A stretch of 64,000 bases of DNA from contig JBFWOS010000001.1 in the NCBI GenBank assembly GCA_050250375.1, forward strand, positions 407,090 to 471,089. The letters run 5' to 3'. The notes under the pieces were generated by a model. It ran no database searches. It saw only the letters and a list, made by a program, of their open reading frames with translations, and was not told the origin of the DNA. This document shows positions 40,418 to 50,251 of the stretch, piece by piece; position 1 is the first letter of the stretch; every line of letters begins with the position of its first letter. The position numbers were made by a program, and so were the translations under genes. This DNA comes from Candidatus Omnitrophota bacterium. GTDB lineage: Bacteria; Omnitrophota; Gorgyraeia; Zapsychrales; Zapsychraceae.

Positions 40418-42769
40418 TTGAAAAATCCTCTTGATTATAACAAACTACCGCACCCAAAAGAAAAACACCTATTTCTTTTAATAGTAATCCTCGAATTTCT
40501 TCAACTAATCTATTGCGTAATGTCTAACCGCCTGGTTGTTCACGACACATTTTTCCGTTTTTATATGCAATATTATTATCTCAACACCTATGTTAACTAT
40601 TTGGAATTTCCTTTTTGGATTCCTTACTTGACACATGGCACACTCGCGACTCCATGGCAAGGACTTGTAGGAATCCATGGGATCTTTAACAACACACTTT
40701 TTCTAACCGGAAATATTCTGAAATATGTTAATTTTTTACCCATATTCTATATGGGCGTTTTCTTTGACCGGTTAGTCCTGTTACTCGGAACATGGTATTT
40801 TTCAAAACGTTTATACAACTCCCCCCTAGTGTCATTCTTTGTTACTACCAGCATTTTAATTTCAAGCGTTTGGGCAAGTCAAATTCATCTCAATTTTCTT
40901 TTTTACTATGCAATCCCTCTCATCATTTATTTATTCCATCGTTTTCTCGAAACACAAAAATGGCGATATTGTTTTTTAGCGCTGAATCTTTTCAGCCTTC
41001 AATGTGTTGATAAACTGTTCTATTTCTTACCGGTTGTCAGTTTGACCATCTCATTGTATTTCTTTTTTTATGCCCTTCTTAATTTCCAGGAAGTGTCCAG
41101 CCACATAAAAAAAATTAAATTTAATTTGAATGGAATATTCTGTCTAGCTCTAGTTCTAACATCCGCGCTTGTCGTCTTTTATTTGGTTAAAATAGGCATG
41201 GCTGGCGATATCGTTAAAAATGTTTTTCAAAGAAATGAAGACGGTAGTGTTAATTTGAATATATTCCTCACTTACTCCCAAGATAATAGTCTAACGAAAT
41301 GGGCAGAACTTCTGCTTGGACTATCGATTAAGAACGACACCACTCTTTATTGCGGACTATTAATCCCACTAATGGCCTTATTTGCCCTCTCATTTAATTT
41401 AAACCGGAAAAGCCTCCCTTTGATTCTAACCGGTTTCACTCTTTTCTTATTTAGTCTTGGCTCAATCGTTTCCATATTCTTTTATCATAGCTGGCCGACC
41501 ATGAAATTTTATAGACACATATTCCAAATCGTTTCAATCGTTCGACTTTTTTTGTGTTTATTTTCCGGCTTCGGGTTCTTGAAATTATTTGAGTTTATCT
41601 TTTCGCAAACGCGCTCCCGTCTAGAATGTATATGGCTAGCAACTACCTCTCTTGGCGTTCTAATCGCTGGTTTGATTTTCTTCAATCAGGCAGGAAACAG
41701 CACCTACATTGTTGAATTCATCAAGCCCTTAACTTACGACACAGATTTAAACCTACTTGCTGGTAATAGCAGCCATTACTATTCATATTTTCGATTCTTA
41801 GGGATTAAGTATATTCTTTGTTCTTTACTGGTATCTTCGTTGTTATTCTTGAACAGGCCATCGAGAAAATGGGTTGTTTTTCTTTTAATTATATTTCATT
41901 TATTAGATGGATACATCTATACTCTAAAAGAATTTAATAACAGAACTGTAGCTATATCCCCCAAACAACTTTCACTTACCCAATTTCAACCAATAATTTA
42001 TAATAATAGGCGTTCTCAAGATGAGTTTTCATTATTTAACAGTCGTTTTGATCTGTTAACACCGGAGTTACTGTCCAAAAGCATGCTCAGCTGGAATATC
42101 CATGCGCTCATGTTTAATGACCCCTTTTATTCACAGCTAAGAACAGACCATTGGTTAAAACCGTATGATCAGTATACTACTATTGACCCGCTTGGATTAA
42201 AGAATGCAACAAAGAAAAAGTCTGGAATAACGGAAAATAAAATCCAATTCTTCCGGCAAGCATACTGCTCGGATAGCACCAAGACATCAAGAGTCATGGC
42301 CCTCCCAGAAAACGATGGCAACAATTTATTTCTCGAGTGTTTACCCGACGAACCTCCAACAAATCTTCTCAGCAAAGATTGGGAGGTACAATCAGCATTG
42401 AGATCAAATGACAGACTTTCTCTTTCCCCCATTATAAATTTTTTCAGTTCTAACAGAATTGAAATTGAAGTTTATAATCCGAGTAAACAACCCATCTGGC
42501 TCTTTTATAGTGATGTTTGGCACCCGTTTTGGAAAGTACAAGTCAATCATAAGGATTCACCTCTTTACAAAGCGGATATAGCATACAAAGCTGTTTTACT
42601 TGTTCCTGGGACTAATAAAGTCCTTTTCTATTTCTCTGCATCCACTTGGAGACTTCTAACCTTTTTAATTATTCTTAATTCTTTTTTTTGGTTCTGTTAT
42701 ATAATTTATTTATTAAAGTCTACAATTTTCCAAAATGACTCTGAAAAGGCAAAAAAATTACATCTGTGA
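40418..42769 (+). CDS. Large polytopic membrane protein, YfhO-like (GT-C-type) candidate glycosyltransferase
   Basis: 783 aa. About 13 TM helices fill the first ~480 aa, followed by a ~250-aa soluble domain ending …WHPFWKVQVNHKDSPLYKADIAYKAVLLVPGTNKVLFYF, then a final TM helix. This is the YfhO-family architecture. Confidence 0.45.
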   Translation: MKNPLDYNKLPHPKEKHLFLLIVILEFLQLIYCVMSNRLVVHDTFFRFYMQYYYLNTYVNYLEFPFWIPYLTHGTLATPWQGLVGIHGIFNNTLFLTGNILKYVNFLPIFYMGVFFDRLVLLLGTWYFSKRLYNSPLVSFFVTTSILISSVWASQIHLNFLFYYAIPLIIYLFHRFLETQKWRYCFLALNLFSLQCVDKLFYFLPVVSLTISLYFFFYALLNFQEVSSHIKKIKFNLNGIFCLALVLTSALVVFYLVKIGMAGDIVKNVFQRNEDGSVNLNIFLTYSQDNSLTKWAELLLGLSIKNDTTLYCGLLIPLMALFALSFNLNRKSLPLILTGFTLFLFSLGSIVSIFFYHSWPTMKFYRHIFQIVSIVRLFLCLFSGFGFLKLFEFIFSQTRSRLECIWLATTSLGVLIAGLIFFNQAGNSTYIVEFIKPLTYDTDLNLLAGNSSHYYSYFRFLGIKYILCSLLVSSLLFLNRPSRKWVVFLLIIFHLLDGYIYTLKEFNNRTVAISPKQLSLTQFQPIIYNNRRSQDEFSLFNSRFDLLTPELLSKSMLSWNIHALMFNDPFYSQLRTDHWLKPYDQYTTIDPLGLKNATKKKSGITENKIQFFRQAYCSDSTKTSRVMALPENDGNNLFLECLPDEPPTNLLSKDWEVQSALRSNDRLSLSPIINFFSSNRIEIEVYNPSKQPIWLFYSDVWHPFWKVQVNHKDSPLYKADIAYKAVLLVPGTNKVLFYFSASTWRLLTFLIILNSFFWFCYIIYLLKSTIFQNDSEKAKKLHL

Positions 42770-43482
42770 ATAATATGAATTTCCTTCAAATCACTAAACG
42801 CATCTTACTGTTGAGCGGAATAATATTATTTTCTATTACAGTCGTTACATTGTACTTTAGCATGACCATAAATGTTCCCCCGATCCTACTTATCAAAACC
42901 TTTGTAAATCAAGGTTATGTTTTGCACCATAACCTGGTACGCCCCTGCTCTGCATTTACTTTAAATTTTAATATTTATATATATTTTGTTTTGTTCTTTT
43001 CTACAGCTATTGCATTCATTTTCCAAAAAACTATTGTCAGAAATCTTGAGTTCACCTTTCAACAATTTATTTTTTGTATAATAAGCGTCTTATTCACTTT
43101 AGTATCTATGAACCAACTGTTTAACTTTCAATATTATTTTAAGTTCGAACAACAATTATTCGGAAACAAATCTCTTAGGGAAAAAAATTCTAATCTTTAT
43201 GAGGGAATTGTTTACAGATACTCCATCTTTTGTCATAATTTTATAAATGGCGCCCAAAATGCTCAACTAATTACTGATCTGGATCTGAACCGAGAACCCG
43301 GCATGCTGGATCACCGGATGCTGGCGTATTACCTATATCCGATCGACATCCGTAATGTCCGAAGAAAAGCCCCCGACTACCTGCTATTCTTTATGAAAAG
43401 AAACGCCAGCGATCATGTCCCTGATAACTTTAAAATAATCGCTGTGATAAATAAGGATAATTTGATCGCAAAAAGAAAATAA
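42766..43482 (+). CDS. Cassette 1 small subunit: 3-TM protein with the conserved C-terminal 'DPGML-HR…YYLYPIDIRN' domain
   Basis: Paralogous to 45786..46586 and 48130..48870. The track start is a GTG; the first ATG is at 42775. It is translationally coupled to the following gene. Confidence 0.5.
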   Translation: MNNMNFLQITKRILLLSGIILFSITVVTLYFSMTINVPPILLIKTFVNQGYVLHHNLVRPCSAFTLNFNIYIYFVLFFSTAIAFIFQKTIVRNLEFTFQQFIFCIISVLFTLVSMNQLFNFQYYFKFEQQLFGNKSLREKNSNLYEGIVYRYSIFCHNFINGAQNAQLITDLDLNREPGMLDHRMLAYYLYPIDIRNVRRKAPDYLLFFMKRNASDHVPDNFKIIAVINKDNLIAKRK

Positions 43483-43485
43483 AGC

Positions 43486-44871
43486 ATGGAAACGTTCATC
43501 CTAATACTGAATACATTAATCTTCCCAACGGTCTTCGGCTATTACCTCATCTGTTTATTGGATAACAACCAACCCTTCCCCTTCTCAGTCAAAATTGCTA
43601 TTGGATACGGCCTTGGTTTAGGTTGCCTTACCCAGTGGATGTTAATTTTATGCACCCTAAATATCCCTTTATCTTTTACAGTAGTTATTTCTCCCTTATC
43701 AATTCTCCTAATGTTTGTCTTCATAAAAATTAAATGCAAAAAAAGAATCTTGGGACCAACGGACGAACAATCTCAGGGGCTAAAATTAAATTTCTTATCA
43801 ATTCTACTCACAACCTATATACTTTTGTGTCTTGTATTTATTTTCTGGAGGACTTTCAACATACCTTTGTCTACGTGGGATGCATTTTCGTATAATGGCT
43901 TTGTCGCAAAAGCCATTTATTTTGAAAAATCATTATATTACTTGCCTAATATGCCTCATTACGAATACCCCCTGCATGCCCCTTTTATGCAAGTCTGGGC
44001 GTCCTTGTGTCTGGGGGAGTGGAACGATCTCTTTATCAATATTTTCTTCCCCTTTTATCTTCTCTTTTTCTTGGTTTTCTTATTTTATTTCTTAATTCAA
44101 TTTACTAGCCGTACATGGGCACTTCTCGGCCTAGCGCTTATTGTTTCTTCAAACTTATTGGTTCAACACGCTAGTATCGCGTATCGAGACATCCCGTTAA
44201 TGTACTACGTTAATATTTCGTTGTTGCTTTTAATTCTCGCCAATAAAGACGACGGATCGCGGAAAAAATTATTTTTATCCGGATTAATGGCGGGTATCGC
44301 TACTTCTGTCAAATTGGACGCTACAGGATATATCGTGGTGTTAACCTTTATCTTGTTATTCATGCTCTTTCTGAATAACTCAACCGCCACAAAACAAAAG
44401 ATTATTAATTTCCTTCTTTTTACTGTTCCTTGTTATTCGATCTTACTTTTCTTCAATATATATAAAATTCTAGTTGTGGAACCCAAAGCGCCTCAAATAA
44501 CTGGAGAAAAATTGAGCTTTGATCTTTATTCAGTCAAACTCAAATTCGGTGTTGAAGCACTAACACGATTTAATACCGTTGTAGCGAGAATCATGGACAA
44601 CTTATTCTTAAGCGGGAATTGGGGAATTGTTTGGATAATCTTCTTTTTTAGCTTGGTCCATTTACAAAAGGCAGAAAAATCGCTTGAAATAAGAATACTG
44701 TTAGTGGCGTTAATTGCCTTTTTCGGTTTACAAATAGTCGGGTATACGTTTACCCAATATTATTATTGGATTGCCGACACACATACGTCATTATCCCGGC
44801 ATTTACTCAGCCAGTTTCCTATTGTTGTTGCTCTAATTATACTTTTAAATGGACAAAAAATACAACCATAA
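43486..44871 (+). CDS. Cassette 1 large subunit: ~12-TM polytopic membrane protein (GT-C-like candidate)
   Basis: Conserved motifs shared with its two paralogs: FGYYLI, WDAFSY…AKAIYFEKS…YP, HASIAYRDIPLMYY, LSGNWGIVW. Confidence 0.55.
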   Translation: METFILILNTLIFPTVFGYYLICLLDNNQPFPFSVKIAIGYGLGLGCLTQWMLILCTLNIPLSFTVVISPLSILLMFVFIKIKCKKRILGPTDEQSQGLKLNFLSILLTTYILLCLVFIFWRTFNIPLSTWDAFSYNGFVAKAIYFEKSLYYLPNMPHYEYPLHAPFMQVWASLCLGEWNDLFINIFFPFYLLFFLVFLFYFLIQFTSRTWALLGLALIVSSNLLVQHASIAYRDIPLMYYVNISLLLLILANKDDGSRKKLFLSGLMAGIATSVKLDATGYIVVLTFILLFMLFLNNSTATKQKIINFLLFTVPCYSILLFFNIYKILVVEPKAPQITGEKLSFDLYSVKLKFGVEALTRFNTVVARIMDNLFLSGNWGIVWIIFFFSLVHLQKAEKSLEIRILLVALIAFFGLQIVGYTFTQYYYWIADTHTSLSRHLLSQFPIVVALIILLNGQKIQP

Positions 44872-44876
44872 CTCGA

Positions 44877-45752
44877 TTAAGACTTTACCAACAATAAATT
44901 CACATACCTTTCGCCGCGACACATTTCAATAATCTCTTCATTTTTGCATTGCCCGATGGTTCGTTCATGATCGTTGATTACAGAAATCTTAAATCCATGC
45001 TCCTCGATCAATTTAAGAAACTCAATCGGTTTAGACCGATAATGCGTAAAAACATCCGGAAAAAACTCGCAGAAAATAACTAAACTCTTATGACGGCTTA
45101 AAAAACTTTTCATCCCTTCGAATGCCAAAGGTTCCGCCCCTTGAATATCCATCTTGATTACATCGTATCGTTCATCAGTTTTAAAAAACTCGTCTAATTT
45201 TATTGACTGCACAGTAAAGGATGTCCTCTGATCACCCGAATCAAAAATTCGATGATCCCCTCTATTCTCTTCACAAAAATATAACTTTAACTCCCCCTTT
45301 AAATTTGATACCGCGCCCTGAAATACAGTCACATTTGCACATAAGTTTACATCTATATTTTTCTGAAGCAACCGATAGTTTTCCGGGTCCGGCTCAAACG
45401 CTGTTACGTGGCCTTCTTTACCAACCCATTTGGAAATTTGTAACGTATGATATCCTATGTTGGCTCCAATATCCAATACCTTCATGCCCGGCTTTATATG
45501 TTCTTTCATTAATGTTGTTTCATAGTCCTCTAGGGTGGCATATTTCCAAAATAACATGGCTGCTATTCGGTCCATTGTGTTTCCGTACATTATTTGTCCA
45601 CGGACAACGACCGCTAGATCTTTCCTTCGTTTCAATATTTTGGCGAGCATTCTTAGAAAAGGCCTAAACCAAGCTTGACGGGACAAAACATACAAGACCC
45701 TGAGGATAAAATAGACTGTCGACTTAAAGATGTATGCGCCGGTTATTTTCAC
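44877..45752 (-). CDS. FkbM-family SAM-dependent methyltransferase
   Basis: MKVLDIGANIGYHTL…AFEPDP…IKMDIQGAE. Confidence 0.8.
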   Translation of the reverse strand: MKITGAYIFKSTVYFILRVLYVLSRQAWFRPFLRMLAKILKRRKDLAVVVRGQIMYGNTMDRIAAMLFWKYATLEDYETTLMKEHIKPGMKVLDIGANIGYHTLQISKWVGKEGHVTAFEPDPENYRLLQKNIDVNLCANVTVFQGAVSNLKGELKLYFCEENRGDHRIFDSGDQRTSFTVQSIKLDEFFKTDERYDVIKMDIQGAEPLAFEGMKSFLSRHKSLVIFCEFFPDVFTHYRSKPIEFLKLIEEHGFKISVINDHERTIGQCKNEEIIEMCRGERYVNLLLVKS

Positions 45753-45785
45753 TGAATAGGAGAATGATAGATCTTTGTTAATTGA

Positions 45786-46586
45786 ATGCGCTGTACTATA
45801 TTGGAAATGATAACCCTTGTCAATAAAATTGTGCTGGCCTATAATGATTTAAATCGTATTAAAAACAAAGAAAGCATGAACAGATCCATTCTAAAATATT
45901 ATATTGCCCTCAATATACTTACTTTTTATCTTTTATTGAGCGGCCTCGCATTATATATGAAACTTCCAGAAAAGCATCTATTTGGTTTTCTGACAGAAAC
46001 TTCGTTCAAGCCGCACCAAAATATAATGCTCTATGGACAATTAAATCATATCCCCTTTCCAATATTCTTGTATGTTGCCATATTTGTCTTAACCATCATC
46101 TTATGGGTTTTTAATCGAGTGATCCATTCTGCGAATCCGAACAACTATCCTCTCGACTGCGTTCGGACTTTTTTCCTAATAAGCACCCTGTCAGTATTCA
46201 CGTTTCTATTAATAATACAAACAATATGTATATCTAAGGTTTGGGGCAAGTCTTTCGAACTTTTCGCAAATAAGACGGAAGTTGAAAAATTTCATGGATC
46301 AACCGTACAACAAAGCTTAATTATGGCTGAATTCTGTAAAAAATTCGCTCCTGGCACACAAAAAGCCAAATTCGAGACTGACCTGGATATCACGGAAGAT
46401 CCGGGCATGTTAATTCACAGGAGCTTTGCCTTCTACCTCTATCCCATTGATATCCGAAATATTTACCGCGGCGAGCCAAATTTATGGATTGCATTTCAAA
46501 AAAAAGAGGCAATTCGACATGTCCCCCGCGGATACAAAGTCCTCGGCATATTGGATGACCAAAATATAATAGCCATGAAAGAATAA
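45786..46586 (+). CDS. Cassette 2 small subunit (paralog of 42766..43482)
   Basis: C-terminal DLDITEDPGMLIHRSFAFYLYPIDIRN. The stop overlaps the next start (TAATG). An alternative start at M31 is possible. Confidence 0.5.
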   Translation: MRCTILEMITLVNKIVLAYNDLNRIKNKESMNRSILKYYIALNILTFYLLLSGLALYMKLPEKHLFGFLTETSFKPHQNIMLYGQLNHIPFPIFLYVAIFVLTIILWVFNRVIHSANPNNYPLDCVRTFFLISTLSVFTFLLIIQTICISKVWGKSFELFANKTEVEKFHGSTVQQSLIMAEFCKKFAPGTQKAKFETDLDITEDPGMLIHRSFAFYLYPIDIRNIYRGEPNLWIAFQKKEAIRHVPRGYKVLGILDDQNIIAMKE

Positions 46587-47962
46587 TGGATTTGCTATCG
46601 GTTACATTGTATTTATTAATCCCAACCACGTTGGGGTATTTCCTCGTAACCCTGCTCAGTTGGAAAACCCCCCTTCCATTCTTCGTAAAATTTATGCTTG
46701 GATATGGCATTGGAGCTGGCCTTTTAACCCACTGGGCGGTTATTCTCAGTTATTTCAAAATACCTTTTTGTGCAGTGTCAATCAATGTTCCGATCTTAGC
46801 CGTTACTTTACTTCTCTTTTGCTTAATTGCCAGAATAAAAAACAAGCCAAACTTAAAATTACTCAAATACAAACTAAAATTCGATACTATAAATTCCATA
46901 TTTCTCTTATTCAGTATTTACATTATATGTTTTATTTTTTGGTCTGGCACAAATATACCTATATCCGAATGGGATACCTATTCCACATTGGGACTAAAAG
47001 CAAAAACCATTTATTACGACAAATCCTTGAATTATTTACCGTATATCGGAAAATTTAATTACCCCATTCACTTAGAATTAATGCTTGCCTGGCTTTCATC
47101 TTGCCTTGGATACTGGGACAACACTGTCATAAAATTCGTTTTCCCAATGTCCTGCCTGGCCTATCTGGTCATACAGTATTATTTCTTAAGGCACTTTACT
47201 TCTGCTCGTTGGGCCTTATTTAGCATCGTATTACTTTTGTCTTCAGCATTTGTCGTTTATCATTCTTATATTTCATACCGGGACATTACCATGATGTTTT
47301 ACAACTGCACAGCCATTCTCTTAATTATTCTTTGGTATAGTCAAAAGCAGAATATGTATCTTGTCTTGGGAGCATTATTCTCAGGAATGACATCATTTAT
47401 AAAATTGGAGGGCTTCGGATATCTTGGCATTCACAATCTTCTGGTTTGGATGCTTATGTATTACATAAATTTTATTGACACGAAAAAAAAGACTAAATTA
47501 ACCATCCTGTTTGGAACCATCAGCTTCGGGATGTATGCACTTTTCATGTTTTATCGAAAACTTTACATCCTTCCTTTTGTACCACCGGAATTGCTTAATT
47601 CCGAACATTTTAACCTTTCACACCTCACTTTAAACCTCTCTGCCGACACTTTGTTCAGGATAAAAATCGTTATGAGACGCTACATCACGAACTTCTACTT
47701 AACCGGTAATTGGTCACTTGTATGGTTGTTTTTTCTTATCAGCGTTCTCCAAATATCAAACAAAAGAATATCTATGGAAATTAAAGCGTTTTTCTTTGTT
47801 TTAGGATTATTCTTTGTGGTATATCTTTTTTCTTATATCTTTACACAACATTACTTGTGGGTTGCATTTAAAGCCGATGTATTATCCCGATCTTTGCTCC
47901 ATATTTTCCCACTCATCACCATTTTAATTCCTTTATTAAATGTCCCGGAAGAGGTGAATTAG
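46586..47962 (+). CDS. Cassette 2 large subunit (paralog of 43486..44871)
   Basis: LGYFLV, WDTYST…AKTIYYDKS…YP, HSYISYRDITMMFY, LTGNWSLVW. Confidence 0.55.
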   Translation: MDLLSVTLYLLIPTTLGYFLVTLLSWKTPLPFFVKFMLGYGIGAGLLTHWAVILSYFKIPFCAVSINVPILAVTLLLFCLIARIKNKPNLKLLKYKLKFDTINSIFLLFSIYIICFIFWSGTNIPISEWDTYSTLGLKAKTIYYDKSLNYLPYIGKFNYPIHLELMLAWLSSCLGYWDNTVIKFVFPMSCLAYLVIQYYFLRHFTSARWALFSIVLLLSSAFVVYHSYISYRDITMMFYNCTAILLIILWYSQKQNMYLVLGALFSGMTSFIKLEGFGYLGIHNLLVWMLMYYINFIDTKKKTKLTILFGTISFGMYALFMFYRKLYILPFVPPELLNSEHFNLSHLTLNLSADTLFRIKIVMRRYITNFYLTGNWSLVWLFFLISVLQISNKRISMEIKAFFFVLGLFFVVYLFSYIFTQHYLWVAFKADVLSRSLLHIFPLITILIPLLNVPEEVN

Positions 47963-48129
47963 GCCAATGGAGCGCCCCAATGAAACCTGGCCACCATTTT
48001 GCATCAGAAAAGTTAATTTCTTTACAAAATCTTGTTAACATAAATAATAGTGTTATAAAATTACCTTACAAATAATATCCAAAACCCAATACAAAAATAT
48101 TAAACCATAAAGAAATCCGGGACATCGAT

Positions 48130-48870
48130 ATGTTCAAAATAGAAAAAAAAGATATCCTACTCACTTGCGCAGCATTCTCACTCTTTCTACTGCCAATTAT
48201 TTGCATGATGTCTTTCGCACTCGATATTCCTATTTCGACCGCAGTAACATTGATTCAGGCCAAACTATACAGGCCACATTTCAACATTTTTGAAGTCTAC
48301 CAAATTGGCGACGTTCATCCATTAAAAGCCCTATATATCGTATTACTTCTAACTGCACTCATTCTCATACTTTTCTACAGGATATCTCTTCCTAACAAAC
48401 TTTCAAAATATGCCCCACAACTTATATTTCTTACATATCTTCTGGGAATTCTAACAGTTGCAACCTTAAACTTTGTCATGCGAATAAAATATTATAAACA
48501 TGACCTGAAACTTTATCATGGAAAAACCTTAGATGAAAAAAACTTTCTTTTAAACCATGAGCCTTATCTTTTTGTTGAAAAGGTCCGGAATGTACTATCC
48601 GGTCGTCATAGTGGAGAATTCATCACAACCGAAAATCTTCTAGAGGATCCCCACATGACAACACACCGGATACTGTCTTTTTACCTCTATCCCATTATTT
48701 CATTACGTCTAGACAACAATACCCCAAAAGACATATTTATCTACTATCATACTGATGATTCTCGACTAAGGATACCTAACGATCAGAAAATACTGACCAC
48801 TTCCAATGACCTTAGTCTTACATTAACAATCAAAAATAAGGATTCATCCATACGTGATATTAATTTCTAA
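48130..48870 (+). CDS. Cassette 3 small subunit (more diverged paralog)
   Basis: C-terminal LEDPHMTTHRILSFYLYPI. It overlaps the next gene by 17 nt. Confidence 0.45.
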   Translation: MFKIEKKDILLTCAAFSLFLLPIICMMSFALDIPISTAVTLIQAKLYRPHFNIFEVYQIGDVHPLKALYIVLLLTALILILFYRISLPNKLSKYAPQLIFLTYLLGILTVATLNFVMRIKYYKHDLKLYHGKTLDEKNFLLNHEPYLFVEKVRNVLSGRHSGEFITTENLLEDPHMTTHRILSFYLYPIISLRLDNNTPKDIFIYYHTDDSRLRIPNDQKILTTSNDLSLTLTIKNKDSSIRDINF

Positions 48871-50251
48871 TATTCTGATTAGTTTGCTTATACCCCTTTG
48901 CTTTGGGTATTTAATCTTACTTAAATTATGTAAGTTTAGATTGCCATTGCCTCTTGAACTATCCATTGGATTTGGAACTGGATTTGGACTGTTATCCATT
49001 TGGATGTTGTGCTTAGATATTCTTAATCTTCCGTTCAACCGCACGAACATTAGCGCACCAATATTGATCTTATCTTGTGTTCTTGCAATAAATGTAATGA
49101 AAAGCAAGAAAAACAAAGAAAAACCTCTCCTGTTTAACCAAGAAACTCCGATTACCAATCAATTATCTGATTTTTTTCAAATTACGATTATGGGCATTCT
49201 AATTACATATATCCTATTGAATATTTTCTATGTATATTGGAGAGCGTTGACGTTTCCTGTATACTGCTGGGATGAAATCTCAACTATTGCGTTTAAGGCC
49301 AAAGTTTTCTTCCACGAAAAATCTATCCCCGAATTGAACTTACTTCCCCATCAATCATATCCGCTTTTAACTCCTCTAGTCGAGTCTTGGACAGCTTTTA
49401 ACTTAGGCTATTGGAATGACAGTTTAATTAAGATAATTTTTCCTTTAATTTTCTCAGCGTACTTATGCACTCATTATTATTTCCTTTGTCTCAATACGAA
49501 TCGACGGTGGGCTATTTGGGGGGTAGCATTATTGCTCTCAAGCAACTTCTTTTTATTTCACGCAACAATCGCCTATCGAGATTTCATTCTCATGTATTAT
49601 ACGTGTTCAGCGATTATCTTGTTGTTGTTCTGGCGGCAAACTCGTTGCAATTCATTTCTTTTCCTATCGTCGCTATTCTCAGGATTTGCAACATTTACAA
49701 AACTTGAAGGAACAGCCTACATGTTAATCTTTCTGATTATTTTTCTAATAATAGAAGTTAAAAATCAAACGATCAAGGCAACCAGAAGAATTAAAAACGC
49801 ACTTATTTTCACAATTCCAAGTTTATCCTTAGCATCCTTATTTCATTTATATAAAATATTCCATAATGCCGAAAAAGATGGTCTCGGTCACATAGACAAA
49901 ACTCATTTTGAAGTTTCTTTTGATAAAGCCTCACTGACACCCCAAATCCTCAGCAGCTTTTCTGAAAATCTATTCCTTTCAGGCAATTGGAACCTGCTAT
50001 GGGGCGCTTTACTTATCACTCTTCTACTGTCCTTAAGAAGGCCAAAAACGTTTGAATCTAATATACTATTAACCAGTTTATTTTTATTTTTTGGGCTGCA
50101 TACCTGTGTCGCCGCCTTCTCTTCAAATTTCATCTGGATTGCTGGGGAATTAAATACCACCACGTTATCTAGACTAATCCTGCACTTCTTTCCGTTGGCA
50201 GTTTTGGCGATTATTCTAATCAATTTTTCTTTATTGAAAGACAGTGATTAG
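48854..50251 (+). CDS. Cassette 3 large subunit (paralog of 43486..44871)
   Basis: FGYLIL, WDEIST…AKVFFHEKS…YP, HATIAYRDFILMYY, LSGNWNLLW. Confidence 0.55.
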   Translation: MILISNILISLLIPLCFGYLILLKLCKFRLPLPLELSIGFGTGFGLLSIWMLCLDILNLPFNRTNISAPILILSCVLAINVMKSKKNKEKPLLFNQETPITNQLSDFFQITIMGILITYILLNIFYVYWRALTFPVYCWDEISTIAFKAKVFFHEKSIPELNLLPHQSYPLLTPLVESWTAFNLGYWNDSLIKIIFPLIFSAYLCTHYYFLCLNTNRRWAIWGVALLLSSNFFLFHATIAYRDFILMYYTCSAIILLLFWRQTRCNSFLFLSSLFSGFATFTKLEGTAYMLIFLIIFLIIEVKNQTIKATRRIKNALIFTIPSLSLASLFHLYKIFHNAEKDGLGHIDKTHFEVSFDKASLTPQILSSFSENLFLSGNWNLLWGALLITLLLSLRRPKTFESNILLTSLFLFFGLHTCVAAFSSNFIWIAGELNTTTLSRLILHFFPLAVLAIILINFSLLKDSD

